From the IMG/VR virus record IMGVR_UViG_3300037424_000553, positions 947-64,946 of that record: DNA of 64,000 bases; one strand, written 5' to 3'. The notes under the pieces were generated by a model. The model was not told the DNA's origin, made no database searches, and worked only from the letters and a program-made list of their open reading frames with translations. Position 1 is the stretch's first letter, and each line of letters starts with the position of its first letter. Position numbers and translations under genes: made by a program. Positions 17,461-26,881 of this stretch are shown in pieces. Source of the stretch: a virus.

Positions 17461-18474
17461 CTAGACCGTCTGCCCGGTCAGCCTCGGTGTCCAGGTCGAA
17501 TTCTGCGCTGCAGCGCCGGCAAGCAGGGTCAGCTCTGCCCACATGGCGATCGTGGAGCCTGCCTTGAGATCTCCCGTACCACCCGGGACGTTCTTGGTCG
17601 CCGAGTCGAATGCGGTCACGCCGGAGACTGGCGCGGTCTGCCTGTTGCCCGCATTGAAGACCATGTCGTTGAATGCGGTACCAAGGGCGAAGGCAATATC
17701 CGCGTTGGGATCAGCCACTTCGGCGACTGCCGCAGCGAGGAGCGAGAGCATCTGCGGACTCGTGTTGTCCCAGAACATCTTTGCGTAGTACTTCTTGGTG
17801 CTACCACCCGGGGTATCGGCTGAGGCATTGTAGAACGGCCGCCGAACCTCGATGACCTCTGACGGATTCCGGTCGAAGAAGAACCCCTTCGAGAGGACGA
17901 AGGATTCACCCGTCCCACCACGGTTGTCACCGGCAACAGCGGCAGCCGGAAACAACGTTGTGAATGGATGATCCAGCGTCGCCGTCTTGCTGAGTCCGAT
18001 GTAGTTGATGATCCGGCGGATCGCCTTGTTGGTGCCGGTCTCGCGGAGCACCCACTGATTGAAGGCACCATCGACAGCCGAGAATCCTGCCGGGAGCGTG
18101 ACATCGAAGAGTGTCGCCCCGGCGAGCACCCCGGAGAGCTGCCCAGTCTGAGCCTCAACGGCGATGTCCCCGACAGTCAAGCCGGTCTTGATCGACTTGA
18201 GCAGTCGCTCGAACGTGGTCGAGAGCACCTGGGGCGTCACACCCGCCAGCGTCTTGAGCTCGTTCACGATCAGACCGGTGACATCACGCCCGAAGACGTT
18301 GACCTGCTGCGTCGTGTCGACCGCCGTCGAGCTGACGATCTGCATCAGCCCCGCGGCATCGATGAACGCCGGACGCTTGGTCCGATCGATCGGGCCACCG
18401 ATCGGAGAGACGACATCGTCGTCGGGGTCAACCTGCGCGTAGTACAGTTTGAGATCTGCAAGCGTGACTGACAT
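17461..18474 (-). CDS. tail structural protein
   Basis: 337 aa, Thr/Ala/Gly-rich. Confidence 0.65.
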   Translation of the reverse strand: MSVTLADLKLYYAQVDPDDDVVSPIGGPIDRTKRPAFIDAAGLMQIVSSTAVDTTQQVNVFGRDVTGLIVNELKTLAGVTPQVLSTTFERLLKSIKTGLTVGDIAVEAQTGQLSGVLAGATLFDVTLPAGFSAVDGAFNQWVLRETGTNKAIRRIINYIGLSKTATLDHPFTTLFPAAAVAGDNRGGTGESFVLSKGFFFDRNPSEVIEVRRPFYNASADTPGGSTKKYYAKMFWDNTSPQMLSLLAAAVAEVADPNADIAFALGTAFNDMVFNAGNRQTAPVSGVTAFDSATKNVPGGTGDLKAGSTIAMWAELTLLAGAAAQNSTWTPRLTGQTV

Positions 18475-18477
18475 GGG

Positions 18478-19545
18478 TTATGTCTCCTGTGCCGTCTCAA
18501 AGGCGAGACGCGGGTTGCCGACTTCCGGCGTGTTGATTGGGACATCGATGAGAACCCAGATGAAGTACCACTGCCCGATTGCGATATTCCCTTCGCTGAT
18601 CGCCCCTGTTGCAAAAACAGTCGGTGGAATCCCATATGATGGCGTACTGGTGAGCGTCCCGGCCACTGTTACCGTACCAGTATCGACGTAGGCGGTCGCC
18701 CCACCACCGAGCACGACGACCAAGGCTGGGGAAGTATAGACACCGGTGGTCGTACTCCTGAACACTCTGACTGATGACGCCCCAGTGATTGTCGGCCATG
18801 AGAGCGAGACAGTCTTGGTCGTATCATTGACGTTGACGCTGACCTCGATGCTATTGGCCAGCTCTGTCTCATCGCTATCGTAGCCGACCACACGCCAGAA
18901 GTACGTGGTGGCGACGGCCCATGTCCCACCGGCACCTGGGGCCGAAAGCACCGCAGCGACGAGGAGCCCGGCCGTTGTGTTGACGAGCGGGGGCGCTCCG
19001 GTCGTCGCTGCTGTGCCGGTATCGATGTATGTGTTCACCGCTCCAAGTGTCGCCACCAGGTTGGTGCCACTATACGTTCCAGGTACGTTGGTCCGGTAGA
19101 CCTTCGCCCCTGTTGCCGACGCCGGTGGCGTGTTCCACAGCAGCGTTACGGTCTTGGTCGTATCATCGACGTTGACCGTGACTTCACTGGATCCAACAGT
19201 CTCCCCGATCGCATTCAGCCAGGTGATCTTCCACCCGTAGAGTCCGGTCGCAGAGAATGTCCCACCAGCACCAGCCGCCGAGAGCGTCGCCTGTGGGGCA
19301 ACCGTACTCGGGCCGTAGGGTGGCCCGAGCGTGACCGTATCAGCGGCATGAGAGACCATGTCAATGCCATCGTTCCCAGCGATCGCTTCGAGCAGCTGGT
19401 TGACGGCATTCAGCACGCGATCTGACGTTGACTTGACCCCGAACTTCTTGGGCCGGATGTGCTCACCACCATCGATATCACCGAAGTCGAACGCAGTGAT
19501 CTGCGTCGCGCCATCGCTATCGAAGAACTGAACGGATGCTGACAT
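18478..19545 (-). CDS. tail protein with two FN3/Ig-like repeats
   Basis: Duplicated EV.VNV.DTTKTV.L.W...A....VYR unit. Confidence 0.65.
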   Translation of the reverse strand: MSASVQFFDSDGATQITAFDFGDIDGGEHIRPKKFGVKSTSDRVLNAVNQLLEAIAGNDGIDMVSHAADTVTLGPPYGPSTVAPQATLSAAGAGGTFSATGLYGWKITWLNAIGETVGSSEVTVNVDDTTKTVTLLWNTPPASATGAKVYRTNVPGTYSGTNLVATLGAVNTYIDTGTAATTGAPPLVNTTAGLLVAAVLSAPGAGGTWAVATTYFWRVVGYDSDETELANSIEVSVNVNDTTKTVSLSWPTITGASSVRVFRSTTTGVYTSPALVVVLGGGATAYVDTGTVTVAGTLTSTPSYGIPPTVFATGAISEGNIAIGQWYFIWVLIDVPINTPEVGNPRLAFETAQET

Positions 19546-19548
19546 GGT

Positions 19549-19980
19549 CTATGTCCCCGTGTAGGTGACGCCCCACAGTGCGGTGATCGCAACGACCTTG
19601 AACTTCGCGCTATACAGATAGATGTTCGGGCGATAGTTGATCGGCTCGAACTCCATCATGAAGATCGTAAAGTTGTTGAGCATCCAGTCTCGCAGTTCAA
19701 AGGTTGCCCCGCGTGTCCTGAACTTCGTATGGAACGCGATCACCGTCGGTTCGTCGAGGAATTGCTTGTCATCACTCGCGAGAACGGTCTCGCAGTCTTT
19801 CGCATACATCCCGAAGTCTTGGATGGTGACTTTCCCACCAATTGCGTCCTGCACGCTGTAGCGTTTCTTCCAGACCAATGGCTTGTACGTCTTTGGATCC
19901 GTCGTGAACCTGACGTTGTCGAGATAGACACCACCAAGCGGGAACGGGGGCGGGGCTGCCGGTGTGGGGAAAATAGGCAT
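19549..19980 (-). CDS. distal tail-like protein
   Basis: Directly after the tape measure gene. Confidence 0.5.
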   Translation of the reverse strand: MPIFPTPAAPPPFPLGGVYLDNVRFTTDPKTYKPLVWKKRYSVQDAIGGKVTIQDFGMYAKDCETVLASDDKQFLDEPTVIAFHTKFRTRGATFELRDWMLNNFTIFMMEFEPINYRPNIYLYSAKFKVVAITALWGVTYTGT

Positions 19981-20088
19981 GCTACATGGCTCCTACAGCC
20001 CTATCCAGTGGGCAGAGGTTGACCTCAGATGAATTTTCTCGCCCTTGAGGGGGAGAGATCCCCATTTCGTAGATCCTAGAATCTGTGC

Positions 20089-22536
20089 TCATATCCTAGA
20101 GGCCTCTTGCTCAAGCCCTCGGATGAGTCCATCCTTCATGTTCTCGAACCAGTTCCCCATGATGCCGGGGATCCGACCGATGAGATCGTTGATCGCCTTG
20201 TCACCGGCTTCCTTGACGCCACCCTGAATCCGCCCGACGTTGTACGGATCACCAGGAATCCCAGAAGCGGCGCGCTCGATCTTGGCCTGCCCTTCAGCCT
20301 GCTGATACATGATGTTGCCCATGCCGACATCACCACGCCCATACGCTTGCGTCGCCGCATCGTACCCAAGTCCGGTGAATGTCTTCTGCGCTTGCCCGAA
20401 TGATGCCGAGAGCACTGACCCTGTCGTGCTCCCCTGCTGCTGCATCTGTCGCTGAAACTGTTGAAACTCCATCGCCGCTCTCAGCTTCGCCGGATCAACC
20501 GCCCCACCTCCGAAGAACTGCCCAAAGGATTCGCGTGACTGCATCCCCTGCCGTTGCTGCGCCGCGCCGATATCAGCCGTCGTAATGGTCTTGCGACCAG
20601 AGAGCTTGGCCTGCTCCTCAGCCATCTTGATGAGCTGCCCGAGCATGCCGGCTTCCTTGTCCCGGCGATCCTGCTCAGCCTTGGCGGCATCATCACGCGC
20701 CTTGTTGACCTTGGCGATCTGATCGAGCTCAACGTTCGCACGCTGCTGCGCGAGATCCATGAGCTTCCGCTGAATCTCCTGCTGCAGCACCATGTTGTCC
20801 GAGTACATCGCTGCGAGTGCTTTGTTCGCAGTGATCTCGGCATCGATCGCACCCTTCTTGGCCTCAGTGATCTGTCGTGAGGAGTCCAACTCCAGATTCA
20901 TCCGGTCCTGAATCTTGGTCTTCTCATCGGAGTCGACGCGCTCGATCAACCGCAACTCGCTTTCTTTCTGCATCTCGAGCTGCCGGACTTCCAGGTCACT
21001 TGCATCCTTTCGAGCCTTGACCTGATCATCCATCAACCGTTTTGCATCCTCGGCTTCGGCCTGCCGGATCTGCAAGAGTGCGAGCTGCCGCTCGCCAGCA
21101 GCCTGAACTTCTCTTTGTGCAAGTTCCTTGTTGAGTTTGTCGACTTGCACCGGATCGGTTGTCAGCTTTATCAGCTGCGCAGTCTTCTCACGCTCATTCT
21201 GGATGATGAGCTCGTTGTACCCCATCATCATTTTCAGCTGTTCAACTTTTGATCCGGTCTCGAACAGCTTCAGATCGCTGAAATACTTCTGATCGATCTT
21301 GAGCTGCGCTTCACGAAGTTTCGCTGTTTCGTTGACATCATCAGGTGTGATGATCTGACCCGGCGCCTTGGCCTTAACTGCCGACTTGCCTTGCTCGCCA
21401 CCCTTGCCGACCGGTGGGACGAGAAAGTCGGCGACGCCCTTGCCGAACGACCTGACATACTCAATGCCCTTGCCGATCGCCCAGATCGCCGCGGCCACCG
21501 CTTTCAACGTTATTGAGAGTGGATCCAAGGCTTCATTGGATGTTACCATCCAGCGGATCCATTCGACGCCAAGGCCGATGACGGCCGTGATTCCTTCCAC
21601 GAAGAAGTTGATTACCTCCACAACCTTTGTCAGCGCTGGAATGAGCGAACGGCCGATGACGATCCACATATCCTCGAATGCATCCGAGAGTGCCGCCTTC
21701 GCTTGAATCAGCTCACGTGTTCGGGTCATGTCCTCCTGGGTCATGATCCCGACGTCGCGCGCTTTCTCCTTGAACTTCTCCAGGCTCGCCGCGCCACCAT
21801 CCAGAATCGGCGCGAGCTCACGGCCTGCGCGACCGAACAACTGCATCAGGGCGGCGTTACGCTGACTCGCACTTCCGATCTCTGAGAGCTTCTGGAGGGT
21901 CTCTTCGAAGACCTCACCAGTACTTCGCATCCCGCCTTCGGCATCGCGGACCGAGATCCCGTAGGCACCCAGGCGCTTGCCCCCGTTCTCGATTTCCATC
22001 GAGAGTCGGAACATCGTCCTGGTCATCATGTCGCCTTCGAAGCCCATCAGCTTGAAGGCATCGGCAAGAACGTTGGTCTCTTCGACAGTCATCCCGGTGA
22101 CGGCCGAGAGTGAGCGCATCTCCTTGTATACACCTTCGGTGACGCTCGCCGCCTTGAGCATGACGCCGACGAAGGTGGAGACCGCGAGTGTTGCAATGCC
22201 AACCGGTGATGCAAGCGCCGAGAAGCCGGTCTCCAGCGTCCGGAACATGGTACCAGCCGTGCCTGGAATACTGCCAAGCACCTTGCTGTAGTTGAAGACT
22301 GAGGACTCGGCGTCGCCAAAGCCTTTGATCGTATCCTTGATCTGATCCTGGATCTTGAGCTGCGTGAACTTGGTCCCACCTTCACGCATCGCCTTGAATG
22401 GATCGACATCCCCAAGCAAGGCGGTATTCTTCTTGAAATTGAGGAGCTGATCCTCAATCCCCTTGATTTCTTTCCTGACAGCTTCGGCCCCTTCAATGCC
22501 TGTCCGAATTGTCAGATCGCGTTCGTTCGTACCCAT
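20089..22536 (-). CDS. tape measure protein
   Basis: 815 aa helical; ALMQLFGRAGRELAPIL motif; after the chaperones. Confidence 0.9.
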   Translation of the reverse strand: MGTNERDLTIRTGIEGAEAVRKEIKGIEDQLLNFKKNTALLGDVDPFKAMREGGTKFTQLKIQDQIKDTIKGFGDAESSVFNYSKVLGSIPGTAGTMFRTLETGFSALASPVGIATLAVSTFVGVMLKAASVTEGVYKEMRSLSAVTGMTVEETNVLADAFKLMGFEGDMMTRTMFRLSMEIENGGKRLGAYGISVRDAEGGMRSTGEVFEETLQKLSEIGSASQRNAALMQLFGRAGRELAPILDGGAASLEKFKEKARDVGIMTQEDMTRTRELIQAKAALSDAFEDMWIVIGRSLIPALTKVVEVINFFVEGITAVIGLGVEWIRWMVTSNEALDPLSITLKAVAAAIWAIGKGIEYVRSFGKGVADFLVPPVGKGGEQGKSAVKAKAPGQIITPDDVNETAKLREAQLKIDQKYFSDLKLFETGSKVEQLKMMMGYNELIIQNEREKTAQLIKLTTDPVQVDKLNKELAQREVQAAGERQLALLQIRQAEAEDAKRLMDDQVKARKDASDLEVRQLEMQKESELRLIERVDSDEKTKIQDRMNLELDSSRQITEAKKGAIDAEITANKALAAMYSDNMVLQQEIQRKLMDLAQQRANVELDQIAKVNKARDDAAKAEQDRRDKEAGMLGQLIKMAEEQAKLSGRKTITTADIGAAQQRQGMQSRESFGQFFGGGAVDPAKLRAAMEFQQFQRQMQQQGSTTGSVLSASFGQAQKTFTGLGYDAATQAYGRGDVGMGNIMYQQAEGQAKIERAASGIPGDPYNVGRIQGGVKEAGDKAINDLIGRIPGIMGNWFENMKDGLIRGLEQEASRI

Positions 22537-22543
22537 GTCGCTC

Positions 22544-22795
22544 CTAGAACTTCAGGCCGCCTCGAGCCTCGATCTCTTCAGCCGTGAACTCGGTGTAGTT
22601 CCCGTCTTCACCATCCTTGTTCATCGCCGCTTCCATCGCTGCCTGTTCCTCGAGCGTCCCGCGCATGGCCAGGGCCATATCAAAGCTGAGCGACAGACTC
22701 GACTTTGGGTTCAGCCGGATCATCGTGCTTGGCCTGATCCCGTACCTTTTTGCCGCGAGATCCAGCAGCCGGGCGTGCGGACTCACCAGGAAAGG
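22544..22795 (-). CDS. frameshift extension of tail assembly chaperone (gpGT-like)
   Basis: Overlapping +1 frame LAAKRYGIRPS... ends 8 nt before the tape measure gene. Confidence 0.6.
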   Translation of the reverse strand, partial: PFLVSPHARLLDLAAKRYGIRPSTMIRLNPKSSLSLSFDMALAMRGTLEEQAAMEAAMNKDGEDGNYTEFTAEEIEARGGLKF

Positions 22796-23213
22796 CGGCC
22801 AAGTCGCGCTCCACCTCCTTGACGATCGGATCAGCATTGACGTTGCCCATGACAAAGCCGAAGATCAACGCCTTGTCCGTGTCAGGGAGATCCGCGATGT
22901 TCACCGTGCCGCATGTAAACCCTTCGTCATCGACCGTGGTCTCGCTCTGGATCTCACCATCGACGATCTTGATATCGACCAGGGCGGGCTTGATCGCGGC
23001 ATCCATAAGCGCGATCATCGTATTGATGCGCTGCTCATCACCAAGTCCGGCCACCGGATTCGGGGCATCATCACGCCCGAAGACGGACCAGACAACGCCG
23101 ATCAACTCTGGCGGAATCTGCTTGAGCCGAACCTGGGTCAGAAGCGAGACGCGCCGAACACGAACCTTGTTGCCCGAAGGGAGCGGGAGGAAGTGCTGTG
23201 TACCGTATCCCAT
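22680..23213 (-). CDS. tail assembly chaperone (gpG-like)
   Basis: Between major tail and tape measure genes; SD GGAGG. Confidence 0.75.
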   Translation of the reverse strand: MGYGTQHFLPLPSGNKVRVRRVSLLTQVRLKQIPPELIGVVWSVFGRDDAPNPVAGLGDEQRINTMIALMDAAIKPALVDIKIVDGEIQSETTVDDEGFTCGTVNIADLPDTDKALIFGFVMGNVNADPIVKEVERDLAAFPGESARPAAGSRGKKVRDQAKHDDPAEPKVESVAQL

Positions 23214-23242
23214 GGCCAAGCCTCCATCTCTGTCGTTGTTGT

Positions 23243-23274
23243 GCCTGGTGCCCCGATGAATTGGAGCACCAGGC
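23243..23274 (-). terminator. hairpin after major tail gene
   Basis: GCCTGGTGC/GCACCAGGC 9-bp stem. Confidence 0.55.
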
Positions 23275-23288
23275 TAGGCACTGCAGTC

Positions 23289-23900
23289 CTACGTACCCTG
23301 ACCCGTCGGGATCTGCTCCGGAGTCACGAACGCGTAGGTGGGCGGCGTCCCGAACGGTGTGTTCGGGAAGTAGTAGCCGAGCCGATCACCCTGGTTGCGA
23401 GTCGTGAGCGACTGCGCCCGCGCTGCAACCTTGGGCGCCTGATGATTCTGCCTGGCAAACGCCCAGTTCCTCGCCTCACCGAAGATCGCCTGATAGAGCA
23501 TCGCGGAGATGAAGCCACCCGCGCGCCGTGGGGCGACGATGAGCACTGAGAACAACTGGGGGAAAATGATCCCACCGAAGCTGATGCCGGTCACCTGATC
23601 CAACCGGCTGAGCGTGAGATCCCGGAGGTTCTCGTAGGAGAGCTCACCAGGGGTGAACTCGATACGGGCATCCTCTTTGATCGTCACGTAGCCGACGTTC
23701 CCGGTGTCCTGCTGCGTCTCGATGTCAAACGTTGTCGGTGACACGATCAACGCTGCGGCGTCGAGCGTGCTCCCGATGTATCGCCCACCCGGCTGGGGGC
23801 TGCCATCGACGTTCAACGGAACCGGCGGAACTGTCGGGATGGGAACGTTGATGTAGATGTCCCCACGCCCGACGTGAATGAGAATCGGATTCTGCGCCAT
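23289..23900 (-). CDS. major tail (tube) protein
   Basis: 203 aa; position; followed by a hairpin. Confidence 0.7.
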   Translation of the reverse strand: MAQNPILIHVGRGDIYINVPIPTVPPVPLNVDGSPQPGGRYIGSTLDAAALIVSPTTFDIETQQDTGNVGYVTIKEDARIEFTPGELSYENLRDLTLSRLDQVTGISFGGIIFPQLFSVLIVAPRRAGGFISAMLYQAIFGEARNWAFARQNHQAPKVAARAQSLTTRNQGDRLGYYFPNTPFGTPPTYAFVTPEQIPTGQGT

Positions 23901-23918
23901 GCCATCTCCCTTCTTACG

Positions 23919-24476
23919 CTAGGACCACGGCTCGTACGACCGTGCCCTGACGCGGAGTGTGATGTCCTTGCGGAACTGGCGTTCGGTTGTTGTGCCCTTC
24001 CTCGTGTAGGTTGGGCTGTACTCGAAGCCATCCACCCAGACATACGTGTTATGGAAGTTCTTGTCGTGCAGACACCGCCACGCTGCAATCCCATAGCGCC
24101 AGACCGTCTTGAGCATGCGCCCGATCTCGACATCCTCGGTGACGAGAACGACGAAGATCGTATGCTCACTCATCTCGAAGTTCTGCGCTTCGAGCATCTG
24201 CCTGGACGACTCGAGTAGAGTGAACGCCGCCGGAAACGCTTTCGGCTCGATCACCTCTGACATGTACCAGCCACTCTCGGTCATCTTCGGCAGATTGACT
24301 GTGGACAGACGCTGATTGGGTGCGACCGCAACTGTGTCGTTGTACGCCAAGAGCAACCGATCGATCTCAGCATTGAATCCGGCGCGAAGGTTGTACGCCA
24401 CGGCCTGCAATGCCGACTCGCCAAGCGACGTCGGAACGATCCCAACAAGAGGGAACGCGTGGCCGGGCGTGGTCAT
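23919..24476 (-). CDS. tail terminator-like protein
   Basis: Position before major tail gene. Confidence 0.5.
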   Translation of the reverse strand: MTTPGHAFPLVGIVPTSLGESALQAVAYNLRAGFNAEIDRLLLAYNDTVAVAPNQRLSTVNLPKMTESGWYMSEVIEPKAFPAAFTLLESSRQMLEAQNFEMSEHTIFVVLVTEDVEIGRMLKTVWRYGIAAWRCLHDKNFHNTYVWVDGFEYSPTYTRKGTTTERQFRKDITLRVRARSYEPWS

Positions 24477-24955
24477 CCTGTCCGCATCCGCTTGTAGATA
24501 TGGGCAAGCAAGGCATCGACGACGCGCTCACCTTCCGCCTGTGTCAGCGCTGGAATCACGATGCGCTTGGGCGGACGATTCTGCACGCTGATCGAGCCTG
24601 TCTGGTGAATGCGTCCGTAGAACACCTGTGTCCCGTACTCCATCCAACTCGGGGTCGTCCGGAACACCTGCATCGCATGCCCTTCCGATGTCAGGCTCCC
24701 GTAGAGATTGTCGCTAAGCCCACGGAGAATCCCGCGCCCGGCTCCGTTCGCCGCCTTCCACGCCGCGTAGCGTGGTGAGAGCGGCTTCCACGGTTCACCG
24801 GTGTAACTCCCCTGACTCGCGAAATGCTCCTTGATGAAATCGATGTAGATACGACGGATCTGTCCCCACACTGGTGTGAGATCGGCCAGCGCCGCATCCA
24901 GGCCTTGGAACATGACCGTGACGCCCTGCGTGTCGACCTCAACCTTGATCCCCAT
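24473..24955 (-). CDS. Mu gpG-like virion morphogenesis / tail completion protein
   Basis: W.PLSPRY...K; GTQVFYGRIHQTG...PPKR motif. Confidence 0.8.
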   Translation of the reverse strand: MGIKVEVDTQGVTVMFQGLDAALADLTPVWGQIRRIYIDFIKEHFASQGSYTGEPWKPLSPRYAAWKAANGAGRGILRGLSDNLYGSLTSEGHAMQVFRTTPSWMEYGTQVFYGRIHQTGSISVQNRPPKRIVIPALTQAEGERVVDALLAHIYKRMRTG

Positions 24956-25605
24956 CAGCGCCTCGGTCCCACTCGCGGAATCCGTGGCTTCATCATCGCC
25001 GCTGCTGGGGCGAGCTGCCTGGACTGCCGCTTGTAGTAGTCATCTCGAAGGATCCTGCCTTCATCCATGAACGTCCGAGCCAGCTTGTCGAAGAGATTCG
25101 ACTTTTGGAAGTTGTCACTCTCCTCAGGCGACTCCTTGAGAATCCACTTATCTGACATCCGCTGCGCCCAGCGGATCGCCTGCTTCTTGTAGCCGAAGTA
25201 GCCACCGAAGTTCAGCACTACGATCTTGAGTGCCGGGATGATCGTGGTGACATCATCACTGCCCTCGATCTGTGTCGCCGCTTCTTGAATCGCGACTTGC
25301 AGTTCCGCATCGAGGAAATATTGGTAGTAGTAGCGACCCCGAACAGTTGAGCCACCCGCCGGTGGCGGTGTGATTGTGACCAAGCCCATGATTGGATCAC
25401 TCAGCACCGACGCCACCGGCGTGTAGTCGACTTGAACAGACAACGTGCCTGGCACCACGCGCTCTTCCCAGACGAAGAACTCCGTGTTGGTTCCATCACG
25501 CTCGCCAACAAGCTGCTTCTGTTTGACCGGCCGATCCGTTGGCCCGTCATTCAGAAACGTCCGCAGATCTGCGATTGCGGTGGCGAGATCCGGCCAGACG
25601 CCCAT
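24955..25605 (-). CDS. head-tail adaptor
   Basis: DLRTFLND...FLDAEL motif; position. Confidence 0.6.
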   Translation of the reverse strand: MGVWPDLATAIADLRTFLNDGPTDRPVKQKQLVGERDGTNTEFFVWEERVVPGTLSVQVDYTPVASVLSDPIMGLVTITPPPAGGSTVRGRYYYQYFLDAELQVAIQEAATQIEGSDDVTTIIPALKIVVLNFGGYFGYKKQAIRWAQRMSDKWILKESPEESDNFQKSNLFDKLARTFMDEGRILRDDYYKRQSRQLAPAAAMMKPRIPRVGPRR

Positions 25606-25613
25606 CGCGACTC

Positions 25614-25970
25614 CTACACCATCTGGACTGCGGCCACAGTGTTGACCGACGTTCCGCCGATCGCCGCCGAGAAGTCCGCGAAGAGCTGATCCCGTCCATC
25701 GCCCCAGATCGTCGGATCCTGGAAGGGGCCGAAGCTCTCGAGCGTATCCTGCGGAATGACCGCGCTGATATTGCCCAGGCGGCCGTGGATGCAGGCGACG
25801 GATGGGACTGAAATCGTCACGCCTGCCGCTGTCCCGGTCTTGATCAGGAGCGCGACGCGCCCGCTGTTCTGGACCTGCATCCCGTTGATCGTGTCGACCG
25901 GCGCGAAGGCGAGAGCGTTGCCACCGACCGCGCTGACCGACTGAAGGGTGAGCCGTGTGCGAAGCGCCAT
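25614..25970 (-). CDS. virion structural protein
   Basis: Position; NSGRVALLIK motif. Confidence 0.6.
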   Translation of the reverse strand: MALRTRLTLQSVSAVGGNALAFAPVDTINGMQVQNSGRVALLIKTGTAAGVTISVPSVACIHGRLGNISAVIPQDTLESFGPFQDPTIWGDGRDQLFADFSAAIGGTSVNTVAAVQMV

Positions 25971-25996
25971 TTCAAGTTCCTCCTGTCGTTATCTGG

Positions 25997-26389
25997 TTAC
26001 GGAAGTGCCGAGCATACGAGGTACACTTCGATTTCCTGCCCCGACTGTGCCCCGCTGGCAACCAGCTTGGCCCAGAGAATCCCCATCAAAAACGCCTGCT
26101 GCGCGGCGGTGAATGCACGATACTGATTGCTCACCGCACTCAGAGCGACGATCGTGCCCGCCTCATCACGGACATCGAAGTACTGCTGATTGACATCATT
26201 CCCCGCCTTGTTCGGCAGACAGGTCTGAAACGAGACCGTCGTCCCGGTCAGCGTCCCAGGTACGATGATCCCCTTCGGGAGCCAGCCCGCCAGGTTCTGA
26301 CTCTTGAACGAGACCGTGTCACCGACTCTGAACAGGAACGGGAAGATGCGTACCCGTCCTGCCGGATCGATTTGTACGACCTGACTCAT
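25997..26389 (-). CDS. hypothetical protein
   Basis: Packed ORF. Confidence 0.65.
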   Translation of the reverse strand: MSQVVQIDPAGRVRIFPFLFRVGDTVSFKSQNLAGWLPKGIIVPGTLTGTTVSFQTCLPNKAGNDVNQQYFDVRDEAGTIVALSAVSNQYRAFTAAQQAFLMGILWAKLVASGAQSGQEIEVYLVCSALP

Positions 26390-26818
26390 CTAGTCCTCCT
26401 CTCCGTTGATCCACGCTCGGAGTGATTCGATGGTCAGGCGCTTGCCTGGCTCAACGAGTCCGTAGCGGAAGTTGTGTTCACGGGCGAACTTGTCGCGATC
26501 CTCGAGCTCAGGGACAGGCGGGAGCTGGACGCGATAGACATCGATCAGGAGCAGCTTGTGCGGCGACCAGAGCGACCACCGCAATGGTGCGCCGCGACGA
26601 TCGTAGGCGACGATGTGCGGAAGCCCAGGCCTGGTGAGGATTGTTGTCTCGCGCATCACCGTCCCGAGCAAGGCAGTCATCTCGCGCATGATCCGATGCC
26701 GCTCGATCTGCCGTGACGTCCAGCGATCGATGCGTTCGTCCTCCCGATCATGAAGCGGACCTCGAGCCCACCCTGCGCGAGGCGCTGGGAGTACGCTCAA
26801 GCCCGTGAACTCACTCAT
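26390..26818 (-). CDS. hypothetical protein
   Basis: Packed ORF. Confidence 0.6.
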   Translation of the reverse strand: MSEFTGLSVLPAPRAGWARGPLHDREDERIDRWTSRQIERHRIMREMTALLGTVMRETTILTRPGLPHIVAYDRRGAPLRWSLWSPHKLLLIDVYRVQLPPVPELEDRDKFAREHNFRYGLVEPGKRLTIESLRAWINGEED

Positions 26819-26826
26819 ACTGGTTC

Positions 26827-26858
26827 GCCCGGTGCCCCAAGCATCTGAGGCACCGGGC
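26827..26858 (-). terminator. hairpin after major capsid gene
   Basis: GCCCGGTGCC/GGCACCGGGC 10-bp stem. Confidence 0.6.
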
Positions 26859-26881
26859 AGCCCCTACAGATCCCGCACCGG

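Noticed and set aside
11545-19545. Diversity-generating retroelement VR/TR pair in tail genes
   Set aside because: No reverse transcriptase and no near-identical repeat pair with A-specific mismatches seen in this window.
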